Shown here: positions 23,306 to 31,631 of the stretch, in pieces
Layout: every line of letters begins with the position of its first letter
Position numbering within the stretch: the stretch's first letter is position 1
Virus record (IMG/VR): IMGVR_UViG_3300016263_000623
Location: 1-38,912 of that record
Origin: a virus
Taxonomy: Duplodnaviria; Caudoviricetes
Reading direction: 5' to 3' (one strand)
Length of the DNA stretch: 38,912 bases
The notes under the pieces: model-generated
What the model was told of the DNA's origin: nothing
Database searches by the model: none
The model's input: the letters and a program-made list of their open reading frames with translations, nothing else
Made by a program: the position numbers and the translations under genes

Positions 23306-25145
23306 AGCCTGATCCCATCACCAGCCACCCTTTCGGGGTCCCCAGGCTCACGAGCAGAATCCATGCCTGTGCGCTGGGCAGGCTGTGCGTGATGTCTCTT
23401 TCTTGATCCTCCAGCGAAAGCGAGCCTTGGCCGCCGTTCATTACGTAAAGTTCTGCTCCCATCGCCGCTGGCGGCAGAAGCACGCTCGGGCTTTTGCCAG
23501 CAGGAAACATGAAGACCCTGTACTTTCCGGACCCCTGCTCAAGAGAGGTGCCGCTTCCGTCGTCCTTCAAGAAGGCACCGCGACCATACCACGGATAATA
23601 ATCCCCGTTGTTGTATACGCTGCCTATCACTCCCGTGTTGATCCCGGCATGCACCCCGGCATGAAGCCATCCATTTACGGTGGCGATTTCGATTTCAGTA
23701 ACTTGACCCAGCGGCCCGACCTCAGTGACCGCGAGCCATGTTGCGGCAAAGTCGCCATATTCTGAAGTCAATGTCGTCGGACCAAAGACTCGCAGTATGT
23801 CGCCAACGGCGTACCCTGTTCCGCCACTGTCAATCGTGACTAGCGAAGCATACCAGGTTGTGTCATCCGTCGGGTGGTAGGGCCAGACTGCCGACCTCTC
23901 CAGCGACAGCGACACCGACAGTCCTGTGCCATTCGATGCGGTCGTTAAAACCCACGGCCCATTCGGCGGAGGATCGAAGATTGTTCGGATTCGCCAGTTA
24001 AAGCCGTTCCAAGCGTCGGGCAACTCCTCGTCGTCTTCGCCGAGAGTGTAAGTAACTGGGGAGAAGTCCGTGTAGCCGCTTCCTCCGGCGAGGATGGAAA
24101 TGCCAAGCACCTTGAAGTACCCGGAACCAGGGCCGTCCTGAATCCTTTGGTATCCGCTAATCGCAAGAGACGCGCCAGTTCCGCCTCCGCTCGCGGCACT
24201 TAGGGCAAGGGTCGGCTGCGACCCAAACTCGTGCAAGAACAGTCCAGCCGATCCGCCGCCTCCGCCTCCGCCGATGGGAACCGCAGCCCACGTCGCGACT
24301 CCTTCAACGCTCTTGAGATACCTTCCTGTCTGCCCAGCCTGTGGCGGAACGAGATCGGACGCAGAGAGGCCGACGTCTGATATCGAGTGCGTATGCGAGG
24401 CCGCAGCCGCAGTGATGTCCGAGACAGTGAGAGCAACATTGCCATCCTTGCCTTGGACGCTCAAGACTTTAGAGAAAGACTGAATCGCCGCAGTCAGTCC
24501 AGAGATGTCCGTAGTCGTCAAAGACACAACTCCAGTGCGTCCAGAGACGCTCTGCACTCTGGAGAACGTCCTGACTCCCGTGGTGAACTGCGATATGTCT
24601 GTCGTGGTCAGGGTCACGTTGCCGACTCGCCCGGCGACGCTCTGCACGGGCGATGCAGCGGCAGCCGCGTCTGAAAAGTCAGAGACGTCTTTGGCAAGGT
24701 GCGAGTGAGAAGCACTGGCCGCAGTGAGGTCTACGACGCTCAAGACAACGCTGCCGGTTCTTCCGTTCACGGACAGAACCGGCGGGTCTCTGCCAATCAC
24801 GGTGATCCCGCCGCCCGTGGTTGTGATCGTGATGTTCTCGCCAGCGATAAATGGGTTGATTCCAGCCGTTCCCACGATGGACGTGCTGGTTCCGTTCACG
24901 ACAATTGACGGGCCAATCCCCGGCGAGACTTGCACCTGAACTGCGTTGGTGCTTTGGGCCCCGCTCGTGACCGAGACAGGCGAACTTCCTGGCGTCGGGG
25001 CTCCAATTTGAACAGGCCCGCCCCCGGCTCCTCCGCCAACGACCATGACTGAGCCGTTGGACTGAGAGACAGCCACCTCGACAATCAGGCCGTTGGACGA
25101 GACTCCAGCCTGAACTGAGTCGCCATTGACGATCGTGACACTCAC
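23298..25145 (-). CDS. Tail fibre-like protein (615 aa)
   Basis: Four V.SV.G..G.V.L repeats, HSH/HTH motifs and GG.GY motifs. Gly/Ser/Thr-rich. Confidence 0.75.
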   Translation of the reverse strand: MSVTIVNGDSVQAGVSSNGLIVEVAVSQSNGSVMVVGGGAGGGPVQIGAPTPGSSPVSVTSGAQSTNAVQVQVSPGIGPSIVVNGTSTSIVGTAGINPFIAGENITITTTGGGITVIGRDPPVLSVNGRTGSVVLSVVDLTAASASHSHLAKDVSDFSDAAAAASPVQSVAGRVGNVTLTTTDISQFTTGVRTFSRVQSVSGRTGVVSLTTTDISGLTAAIQSFSKVLSVQGKDGNVALTVSDITAAAASHTHSISDVGLSASDLVPPQAGQTGRYLKSVEGVATWAAVPIGGGGGGGSAGLFLHEFGSQPTLALSAASGGGTGASLAISGYQRIQDGPGSGYFKVLGISILAGGSGYTDFSPVTYTLGEDDEELPDAWNGFNWRIRTIFDPPPNGPWVLTTASNGTGLSVSLSLERSAVWPYHPTDDTTWYASLVTIDSGGTGYAVGDILRVFGPTTLTSEYGDFAATWLAVTEVGPLGQVTEIEIATVNGWLHAGVHAGINTGVIGSVYNNGDYYPWYGRGAFLKDDGSGTSLEQGSGKYRVFMFPAGKSPSVLLPPAAMGAELYVMNGGQGSLSLEDQERDITHSLPSAQAWILLVSLGTPKGWLVMGSGYA

Positions 25146-25492
25146 GGGCTTCTCGCGACAACAGCCCCAGAAAGGACCGTTCTGGTAATCACGCCCGGAG
25201 CAACCCAGCGAAAGTACCAGCGATACGGGACTCCAAGAGAGAGAGCGTTTGTCTGCGTCTCTGTCAGAGACAAGTTGATCTTCCCGGCGGCCAGATCAAC
25301 CGGAGTCTGGTTGAAGTTCGTGGCGAGAGACCACTGAGTCACGTCGCCGCCAGACACAGCCACGACCTGAATAATCGGCGAAGAAAACGTGTACCCGGTT
25401 AAGTCTTGGTCGAAGTCCAGCAGGACGTTGACCTCATCTCCCTGGACGAAGACAAAGTCCAGGGTATCCGGAAGTTGCGTGAATGTTGGCAC
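25142..25492 (-). CDS. Hypothetical virion-associated protein (BppU-like beta protein)
   Basis: VQGD...DLTGYT...GKINLSLTETQT...YRW...RTVLSG pattern. Coupled to the tail fibre gene. Confidence 0.65.
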   Translation of the reverse strand: MPTFTQLPDTLDFVFVQGDEVNVLLDFDQDLTGYTFSSPIIQVVAVSGGDVTQWSLATNFNQTPVDLAAGKINLSLTETQTNALSLGVPYRWYFRWVAPGVITRTVLSGAVVARSP

Positions 25493-25519
25493 AGTGCTGT
25501 CCCTCCATGGACGGCACTG
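25492..25519 (-). promoter_or_regulatory. CsrA-type hairpin overlapping the SD
   Basis: CAGTGC-CGTCC-ATGGA-GGGAC-A-GCACTG, ending at the GTG start codon. Confidence 0.5.
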
Positions 25520-25545
25520 ATTTTAAGTCTTGCCGGGTGGCGACC

Positions 25546-25935
25546 CTAAGTAGGCCACCGATCGGCGTCGAGAAGCATCTTCCGCTCGTCTCGCAGGGCC
25601 GCGATCTCTTGTCTCTGGAGGCGAACCTCCCGTCTCAAAGACTCGTTGATCGCAAGCAGATGCTCGATGGTCGAGGCTGCTTCCAGGCCGAACCCGCCCA
25701 CTTCCCGCAATTTATTGGCGATCTCAGTTCCCACGGGAGGATGGTTCTCGTCGTAGACGACGAGTTTCGTGTGTCCACCAATGGACGAGTCGAAGTCATG
25801 CTCGTCGAGCCACTTGCAGAGCGACTCGGTCTCGTTCCGCAGAGTCCAGCCGCCTGAGCCAGCGTAGCCCTTGGCGAGAAGAATCTCCTCGCCGGTCTCG
25901 GTGTCACGAAGATAGAGTCGATTATTTGCCATCAT
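25546..25935 (-). CDS. Hypothetical protein (apparent fusion of two small phage domains)
   Basis: MMANNRLYLRDTETGEEILLAKG... with a C-terminal coiled coil. ATGA overlap with the upstream gene. Confidence 0.6.
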   Translation of the reverse strand: MMANNRLYLRDTETGEEILLAKGYAGSGGWTLRNETESLCKWLDEHDFDSSIGGHTKLVVYDENHPPVGTEIANKLREVGGFGLEAASTIEHLLAINESLRREVRLQRQEIAALRDERKMLLDADRWPT

Positions 25936-26075
25936 TTGCTCTCTAGCGACTTGCCGCACCAGTAGCACGCATGATTGCACGGCAGGACGCCGTACCAGAC
26001 GGCGACACGCCAGCAGCCATGAGCGAGGCACATCGCCGCGAGGGCCGTGAGGAGGACGATGTGCGAGGGCTTCAT
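25932..26075 (-). CDS. Small membrane/Cys-rich protein (47 aa)
   Basis: MKPSHIVLLTALAAMCLAHG...CNHACYWC. TGATG overlap and GGAGG SD. Confidence 0.55.
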   Translation of the reverse strand: MKPSHIVLLTALAAMCLAHGCWRVAVWYGVLPCNHACYWCGKSLESK

Positions 26076-26434
26076 CACTTCACCTCCGGCGACGCGGGAA
26101 GCGGCATCCAGTGGGTGTAGCCAGAACCGGAGCCAGTGAAGCCCGTCCATGTGATTCCCCACTGGTCTCCGCGCCGACATGCCATCTCGATGCCTGTCAT
26201 CCAGTGATTTGCCAGAACAGAGACACCCTCTTCTGGCAGCCGCTCCTCAACCGGAATCCAGCGTGGCCGGTTGTTCCTCTCCTCCACGATGGCGTCCAGC
26301 AGTTCGCGCGAGATGACCGTCCCCCTGCACCCTTCAGGCCAGTGAATGACGATGCGGCCATTCTTGTCCTCCGTGCATCGCACGTTGTCTTCGTAGCCCG
26401 GCGACAGGCGTGGCATGTCGTTCACCCCTCCCAC
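26075..26434 (-). CDS. DUF551-like phage protein
   Basis: RWIPVEERLPE...VL...YTHWMPLP signature. Confidence 0.8.
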   Translation of the reverse strand: MGGVNDMPRLSPGYEDNVRCTEDKNGRIVIHWPEGCRGTVISRELLDAIVEERNNRPRWIPVEERLPEEGVSVLANHWMTGIEMACRRGDQWGITWTGFTGSGSGYTHWMPLPASPEVK

Positions 26435-26470
26435 TCCGCCGAATAATATCGCCCGCCGTGGTAGGCATTA

Positions 26471-26656
26471 TCAGTGCGGCTTTGCGGAGACCCTCCGTAC
26501 GAGCCGCTGCCAGCACCTCCGCCACCGCCACACGCGAGGCACCAAGGGCCATCGCCTCGCAGTTCCTCCAGCAGATGTCGTGAGTCCACCTTCATCTTGC
26601 ACCGGCAGCCCTTGCACCACGACTCGTAAAGACCGCCAGCGGTCGCTCGCCATCAC
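26471..26656 (-). CDS. Hypothetical protein (61 aa)
   Basis: Coupled to the MazG stop with an AGGAG SD. Odd Arg/Trp-rich composition. Confidence 0.35.
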   Translation of the reverse strand: MMASDRWRSLRVVVQGLPVQDEGGLTTSAGGTARRWPLVPRVWRWRRCWQRLVRRVSAKPH

Positions 26657-26958
26657 TCCTCCTTCACGAACACACCCTCCGGCGTGAGATATCCTCGCCG
26701 GTCTTTGATTGTCTGGTACGCAGAGTCCAGGCTGCCTCGCACAGACAAGCCGGAGAGTTTCGCGTAGATGATCAGAGTCACGAGAACGTCGCCCAGGCCG
26801 TCGACCTTCTCGGCCAGATCGTTCTTGAGAGTTGCGTCAGCCAGTTCCCCGAGTTCGCTCATGGTCTTCATCAGTTGAGCCTGGGGCGTGCTGTTCGGCA
26901 CGATCCGACGAGCAGCGGCCCAGTCTTCCACAGCGAGAATCAGTTCATCGAGCGTCAT
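26653..26958 (-). CDS. MazG-like nucleotide pyrophosphohydrolase
   Basis: WAAAR...AQLMKTMSELGELADA...DGLGDVLVTLII...AYQTIKDRRG...GVFVKE. Confidence 0.88.
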   Translation of the reverse strand: MTLDELILAVEDWAAARRIVPNSTPQAQLMKTMSELGELADATLKNDLAEKVDGLGDVLVTLIIYAKLSGLSVRGSLDSAYQTIKDRRGYLTPEGVFVKEE

Positions 26959-27229
26959 GTGCGGGGAACCTTTCGAGAAGAGTTTTCAGGGCCATCTGCA
27001 AGCGAGCTATGTCCTTGTGCGACGACGACGCCCACGCGAGAGCCTCTCGCTCTCCGTCTGTCAGGGTGGCCGTGTCGCCACTGCGAATCACGTTGTCTTG
27101 GAAGCGAACCAGAGACCGGAGCCGCTCGATCTCGTTCGCGGCGGCTTCCATGGTTTCGCCGACCTCTGGCTCCCAGACGACGTAGTGCCGGAGCCGTTCG
27201 ACGATATCTCGCGTATCCATACAACTCAT
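26945..27229 (-). CDS. Hypothetical protein with DIVERLR/EAAxEIERLR motif and LTDxEREA tail
   Basis: RDIVERLR...EAAANEIERLR...TLTDGEREALAW. ATGA coupling near 27229. Confidence 0.7.
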   Translation of the reverse strand: MSCMDTRDIVERLRHYVVWEPEVGETMEAAANEIERLRSLVRFQDNVIRSGDTATLTDGEREALAWASSSHKDIARLQMALKTLLERFPAHDAR

Positions 27230-27651
27230 GGCCCTTCTGTAGCCTGAATGAACCGAACTGGCAAGCCCTTTTTTGCCAGATGCTCTGGATATCCATTGGC
27301 GATCATCCAGTCTTGGCAAGTTCCTTTTCGGTCCCAGAGTTTCGGGAATCCGTATCTCCAGCCCGACGGCGGATCGACCCAGACCGGCCCTTCATCGAGC
27401 CATGTAGGCTTTTCTTCAATGCGGGCATTCTCGACGGGCCATCCAGACGGTGACTCAAAGACGTCCGGGCATCTATCAGAAGCCTGGGCGATGTCTACGA
27501 GACTTGGAAAGTGCCTCAAGACTCGTCTCGCCTCTTCGCGAACTTCTCTTTTCACTCCCTTGATGCCGTTCTCGACATAAGGGCTCGATAGGCGAGTGAG
27601 AAAATCTCTCGCGTTCAAGACGGCGTTTGTTCTTTGTGATGGGATTGTCAT
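27226..27651 (-). CDS. BPSL0761-like protein fused to a second small domain
   Basis: MTIPSQRTNAVLNARDFLTRL...REEARRVLRHFP, then WVDPPSGWRYGFPK. Confidence 0.65.
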   Translation of the reverse strand: MTIPSQRTNAVLNARDFLTRLSSPYVENGIKGVKREVREEARRVLRHFPSLVDIAQASDRCPDVFESPSGWPVENARIEEKPTWLDEGPVWVDPPSGWRYGFPKLWDRKGTCQDWMIANGYPEHLAKKGLPVRFIQATEGP

Positions 27652-27965
27652 TATCTTGCCTCCGCAAACTCTCGATCGGTCGATTCTTCTTCTTCTGCCA
27701 GCGCCATGCACTGAAGTTCGTACGCATACTCCGCGTACCACCGCGTCTGATGCTGGGCCAACTCCAAGTCGCACCGCAGCGTGTATTCCGCGAGCGGGAC
27801 TCCGCAGACGAGTTGCCACCTCTCAGGCAGTCGCCATGTCAGTCGGTCGTATACCCAGATGCTCAGACTCGTCAGCCAGCCGATGCGGGTTCTCGCGGCG
27901 GCGTCGTGGAGCCAGCAGATGCAGCGGTTCCACCGCCAGTTCAGTTCGTTTGCAAGTGCGAGCAT
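27651..27965 (-). CDS. Hypothetical Trp-rich protein
   Basis: GGAGG SD and TAATG coupling to the next gene. Confidence 0.55.
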   Translation of the reverse strand: MLALANELNWRWNRCICWLHDAAARTRIGWLTSLSIWVYDRLTWRLPERWQLVCGVPLAEYTLRCDLELAQHQTRWYAEYAYELQCMALAEEEESTDREFAEAR

Positions 27966-28076
27966 TTTATCGCCTCCATGTTATCCAGCCGATAATCAGC
28001 GAAAACACCTAGACGTTGTGAATGTCGCAAGCGGCGCGGCGTGTTATGCAGTTCCGTAGAAACACTGGTTCCACCA

Positions 28077-28358
28077 CTACTTGCGAATCGTCAAAAACGA
28101 CCAGACAAAGAGCGTCGCCATCCTCGCTGCCTGAAATACGCCCATGTATTGGCAGGCCAGCCAAAAGTGCGACCACCACATCCACGGAACCGACAGCACC
28201 TTCTTCCAGTACGGCCTGCGAATCAGCGACACAATCCGGCGAGGGCCGCAGTAAAGCCGCTTCCATTCGTCGTACAGCAAGCCGACATCCTCAACTGTGA
28301 ACGTGGCGGAACCACCCGATGCACCAGACGGCTCGGCTGTCTCGTTCGGTTCACTCAT
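28077..28358 (-). CDS. Cassette 1 gene, hypothetical protein with a hydrophobic C-terminus
   Basis: GAGGAGGAG SD and ATG (MSEPNETAEPSGASGGS...) lie inside the loop of attC 28308-28394. Confidence 0.6.
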   Translation of the reverse strand: MSEPNETAEPSGASGGSATFTVEDVGLLYDEWKRLYCGPRRIVSLIRRPYWKKVLSVPWMWWSHFWLACQYMGVFQAARMATLFVWSFLTIRK

Positions 28359-28394
28359 CGTCTCCTCCTCGCCGCTGGTGATCGCGGGCGTTCT
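28308..28394 (+). mobile_element. attC-like recombination site 1
   Basis: GGAAC-5nt-GAT(G)CACCAG(A)CGGC...GCCGCTGGTGATC-6nt-GTTCT, with two extrahelical bases. Confidence 0.75.
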
Positions 28395-28396
28395 CG

Positions 28397-28684
28397 TCAC
28401 TCACCAAAACTCTCAACCAACTTTCGCACGTTCCGCATCAGCACTTCCGCCGACTCACGCTTCGGGCAGCGGATGAAGATTCCGCAGTCTTCGGCGTCTT
28501 TTGCCATTGTGCCGATAGCGTGGCCCTCCTTTAGCGGTCGCATCAGGATGCCAGCCGCCCCAGTTTCATCGCGAGTGAACGCAATCCCGACCAACCCGTC
28601 GCCCAGCGGGACGGTGATGAAGGCCGGACGAGAACCACGCGATGGAGCAGACGGCTCGCGTTGTCCTGCGGTGTGGTCAGTCAT
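28397..28684 (-). CDS. Cassette 2 gene, hypothetical protein
   Basis: MTDHTAGQREPSAPSRGSRPAFITVPLGDG.... Starts in the loop of attC 2 and stops 2 nt before attC 1. Confidence 0.6.
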   Translation of the reverse strand: MTDHTAGQREPSAPSRGSRPAFITVPLGDGLVGIAFTRDETGAAGILMRPLKEGHAIGTMAKDAEDCGIFIRCPKRESAEVLMRNVRKLVESFGE

Positions 28685-28714
28685 GGGTTCGCCGCTGCTC
28701 ATCTTTGGCGTTCT
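28631..28714 (+). mobile_element. attC-like recombination site 2
   Basis: AGAAC-5nt-GAT(G)GAGCAG(A)CGG...CCGCTGCTCATC-6nt-GTTCT. Confidence 0.75.
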
Positions 28715-28718
28715 GTTG

Positions 28719-29048
28719 TCACTTCGTTCGATCAAACAGGCCGCGCAGGATGGCGGCTGTCTTGTGCAGCAACTCATGCGACTCTTCCTCTTCAGGATGC
28801 CGCTGTGCTTTTGCTGCCACCACGCACTGAATCGCCACGCCAACCGCTTCCCGCTCAGAGTAAGTGACAGGCGGATTGCGGTAGAGCGGCACGGCGTGCT
28901 GTCCCCACTTGGCCGCGTGCTCTTCGGCCGCATCTGGGCAGAATGTGATCAGCGGCTCATGCCACTCTGGCGACCACACCGCCCACGCCACAGGCTTGCC
29001 CGCCACAGAACCATCCGATGCAACAGACCGCTCATTCTCGTCGTTCAT
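28719..29048 (-). CDS. Cassette 3 gene (PVAW...VPLYR and EREA...LRGL motifs); alternative upstream start at 29288
   Basis: AAAGGAGG SD and ATG (MNDENERSVASDGS) lie in the loop of attC 3. Confidence 0.65.
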   Translation of the reverse strand: MNDENERSVASDGSVAGKPVAWAVWSPEWHEPLITFCPDAAEEHAAKWGQHAVPLYRNPPVTYSEREAVGVAIQCVVAAKAQRHPEEEESHELLHKTAAILRGLFDRTK

Positions 29049-29092
29049 AGTTGCCGCCTCCTTTGTTCGCGGCTGGTGATCTCGCGTGTGCC
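29007..29092 (+). mobile_element. attC-like recombination site 3 (degenerate R' box)
   Basis: AGAAC-5nt-GAT(G)CAACAG(A)CCGC...GCGGCTGGTGATC-6nt-GTGCC. Confidence 0.65.
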
Positions 29093-29284
29093 ACTGCCCC
29101 CGTCCCATCGCCACCTCGCCGTTGTCGGGCCGTGCTGCGCCTGGGGGCTGCCCACCGTGCCGAAAACACTCCGTAGGGCGCGGAGCCGGTGCGGGCGGGC
29201 ATAGTGTTCGTATTGAAATCGCCCGATAATCGCAGTTATCTGCGAATAATGGCTCCGTTTTTTGCGGCTCCGGCCGATTATCGG

Positions 29285-29602
29285 TCATGTTTGTCGATGC
29301 TCCATCCGCTCCAGCAGGCCGCGCAGGGTGGCGGCTCGCTCCGGGTCGTATGCGTCACCTAGCAACCTCATTTTCTTCGACGCCCACTCTACCGCCTCAC
29401 GCTCCGCGTCGGTGAGCCTTGGAGTCACATCCGCAGAAAACATCAGGTCGCATCGCGGGCAACTTACAGAAACGAGGCCGTTGCTAGCGTCGGCCTCCCG
29501 CTTGTCTCGCTCATCCTGACACGCATCGCATGCCTGGAAAATCAAGGGAAACGATTTGCCGTGCGGCTTTTCGCAGTAACAGCAGTTTGGGCTGCGTTTC
29601 AT
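29285..29602 (-). CDS. Cys-rich hypothetical protein with LTDAEREA tail
   Basis: CxxC motifs, then LTDAEREAVEW...AATLRGLLER. ATGA couplings. Confidence 0.7.
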   Translation of the reverse strand: MKRSPNCCYCEKPHGKSFPLIFQACDACQDERDKREADASNGLVSVSCPRCDLMFSADVTPRLTDAEREAVEWASKKMRLLGDAYDPERAATLRGLLERMEHRQT

Positions 29603-29796
29603 TTCTTTGCCCCATGTCGTTTTACGAGCCGCCGCAGAGCGTCATCGACCGCCGTCGGCCCGCCGGTGCCGATGTAGTATTCGACAGCCTGCCTCTCGGC
29701 CTTTGTCATCCGCAGACGCCTTGCCTCCTTCAGTGCCTTGCTCGCGTCACTGGCCGCACCAACAGCGCCCCAATACTGCTGATACCAAGAGTTCAT
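29599..29796 (-). CDS. Hypothetical protein with MTKAERQA tail
   Basis: ATGA couplings on both sides and the shared C-terminal motif. Confidence 0.65.
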   Translation of the reverse strand: MNSWYQQYWGAVGAASDASKALKEARRLRMTKAERQAVEYYIGTGGPTAVDDALRRLVKRHGAKK

Positions 29797-30077
29797 CTCT
29801 CACCTCCCAGCCGCCCCAGCAGGCCGCGAAGCGTCGCGGCTCTGTCAACGCCAACGGTCAGCCGCACGTTTTCGACAATCCACTCCACCGCCTCACGCTC
29901 CGCGTCGGTGAGCGTGGCGTCCATCGTCACCGTCACGTTGCCATCGCACACCGACAGTGTGGCGTCCTGGTCAGCGAGGCGGCGGATGGCGAGACGCAGG
30001 CGGGCGACTTCGGCCCGCAGGGACTGAACTTCCTCGTCGGCAACTTGTTGGGCAAACTTTGCCAGTCGCTCACTCAT
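29793..30077 (-). CDS. Hypothetical protein with LTDAEREA tail
   Basis: GGAGG SD. LRAEVARLR...LTDAEREAVEW...AATLRGLLGRL. Confidence 0.7.
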   Translation of the reverse strand: MSERLAKFAQQVADEEVQSLRAEVARLRLAIRRLADQDATLSVCDGNVTVTMDATLTDAEREAVEWIVENVRLTVGVDRAATLRGLLGRLGGER

Positions 30078-30952
30078 CTGCCACCTCCCAGCCGCTCCAA
30101 CAGGCCGTCGATAATCCGCTGCCTGCCCCGCACCTCAGACGCACACAAACCAATCTCGTCGGCGTACTGCGCCGCCTCGTCTCGCAACTCGCGGAGCGTC
30201 TCAGCCTCTGCGTCGGTCAGCGTGGGCTTGCGGTAGAGCGGGACGACTTCGGCCATCCCGTTCACCATTCCTTCCGCGCCGCTCCGGTCATACGAGAGCC
30301 AAAGCGGCTGACCGTTTTCGCGGATTGCCGCCCACGCCAGTGGACCCGCACAAACCTCTGCCCGTTTTTCTTTCGGCATGGGTTTCGTAACAGGCGGATG
30401 GCGGTACAGCGGGACGATCTCCGTGTGGTATGCGTAATCCCCCTGCATATCCACCGCGTCGATGCGTGAGATGGATGTTGCGAGCAGACCCTTGCCGTTC
30501 GCCACGCCCCACGCCACCGGCTCCGCAGTCGTTGCGGATTCTGCAACAGGTGTATCGCCGGTGCCGGCACGGGTGGGCAAGTCCGCGTTATCAGTGCGGG
30601 GCCGACCGACGCTGGCTCTAGCCGCCGGCGCGGCTCCATGGTCTGTGCCGCCGGTGCCGCCTGCCGGTCGCCGCCGCGCGGCTGATGGCTCCGGTTCAGG
30701 GACTATCGCCGCCGGCCCGGCGTCTAGATTTGCTGCATTTTCCGGCACCGGACAATCGCCGCCGCCACGACAACTATCGCCCTCATGCGCGGTACTGTCG
30801 CTTGCTGACAGTTTGCCACGCTCGCGGAGCATCGCGTCTGCCCAGCGGTAGGCACCGCGAACGTAGGACTCCTCCGAGAATGAGCCGTCGTCGCCTTGGG
30901 CCAGCAGCCCCGTCAACGCCGCTGCGGCGAAGTGGTCGCGGTCGGTCATCAT
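30074..30952 (-). CDS. Mosaic hypothetical protein (292 aa)
   Basis: N-terminal RDHFAAAALTGLLA...AYRWADAML phage motif, two PxAW...VPLYR units and an LTDAE tail. Start revised to the ATGA overlap at 30952. Confidence 0.7.
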   Translation of the reverse strand: MMTDRDHFAAAALTGLLAQGDDGSFSEESYVRGAYRWADAMLRERGKLSASDSTAHEGDSCRGGGDCPVPENAANLDAGPAAIVPEPEPSAARRRPAGGTGGTDHGAAPAARASVGRPRTDNADLPTRAGTGDTPVAESATTAEPVAWGVANGKGLLATSISRIDAVDMQGDYAYHTEIVPLYRHPPVTKPMPKEKRAEVCAGPLAWAAIRENGQPLWLSYDRSGAEGMVNGMAEVVPLYRKPTLTDAEAETLRELRDEAAQYADEIGLCASEVRGRQRIIDGLLERLGGGR

Positions 30953-31296
30953 CGAGACACCCTCACGAGAGCCTGCGGATACTCCAGGCACGCATCGAGA
31001 TATGCCTTGCACCACTTCACGAATCCGTCGTAGTCGCCCCAGCCATTGCTGGGATTGAAAGCCTTGTAGTGATCCGGCCGAAGCCTCATGTCGTCGAGGC
31101 CCACAGACAGCCGTCCCGCCACCTGGGCGGCTGTCGTGATCCCATGCTCGCCTGGACGCCACAGGCACTCGTAGACGCCAGCCTCAGAGGCCATCACATT
31201 GAGGTTGTGCGTGACGTTGGCTGTGAATACGACATACTCGTCTGGCTCGTCGTGGCCGACATCTACATCGAAGTACAGATATACATCGAGGCTCAT
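30949..31296 (-). CDS. Conserved phage hypothetical protein (115 aa)
   Basis: MSLDVYL...NVTHNL..MA..AG.Y..LWRP...FNPSNGWGDY. Confidence 0.8.
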   Translation of the reverse strand: MSLDVYLYFDVDVGHDEPDEYVVFTANVTHNLNVMASEAGVYECLWRPGEHGITTAAQVAGRLSVGLDDMRLRPDHYKAFNPSNGWGDYDGFVKWCKAYLDACLEYPQALVRVSR

Positions 31297-31384
31297 GCGG
31301 GCTGATCTTATCGATCGCCCGCAGAGACGCAACGAGTTTTTTCAGTGAGACTTGAGACTTGCAAGTCTCTGTGCCAGACGGGGC

Positions 31385-31594
31385 CGCATCTGCGACCGGG
31401 CGGGGCTGCCGAATGACAGGATGAGCAAGTTCCACCGTGTCCGAAAGACGTCGGCGTCATACTACAAACGCGGCGGCGGCGACCCGCAGACGCTGATGGG
31501 CCACTCGTCGCCGACTGTGACCCGCCGCTACCTCGACCCTCGCATCGTCCAGCCCGACACCACGGCACCAGACGTCTTGCCGAAGGTTGGGTGA
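31385..31594 (+). pseudogene. Tyrosine recombinase C-terminal remnant
   Basis: RAGLP...KFHRVRKTSAS...LMGHSS..VTRRY carries the HxxR, H and Y catalytic motifs. There is no N-terminal part or first catalytic Arg. Confidence 0.8.
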
Positions 31595-31631
31595 CCTCCA
31601 GCCTACGCCTGCGGCAGCGTGGCCGTGCAGT

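Noticed and set aside
27985-28056. A fourth attC ending at GTTCCG 28051
   Set aside because: No paired L boxes with correct spacers could be built. Treated only as the left insertion point (attI-like or secondary site).
31352-31594. Functional integrase or integron integrase for the attC array
   Set aside because: Only about 65 C-terminal residues are present, with no first catalytic Arg or DNA-binding domain.
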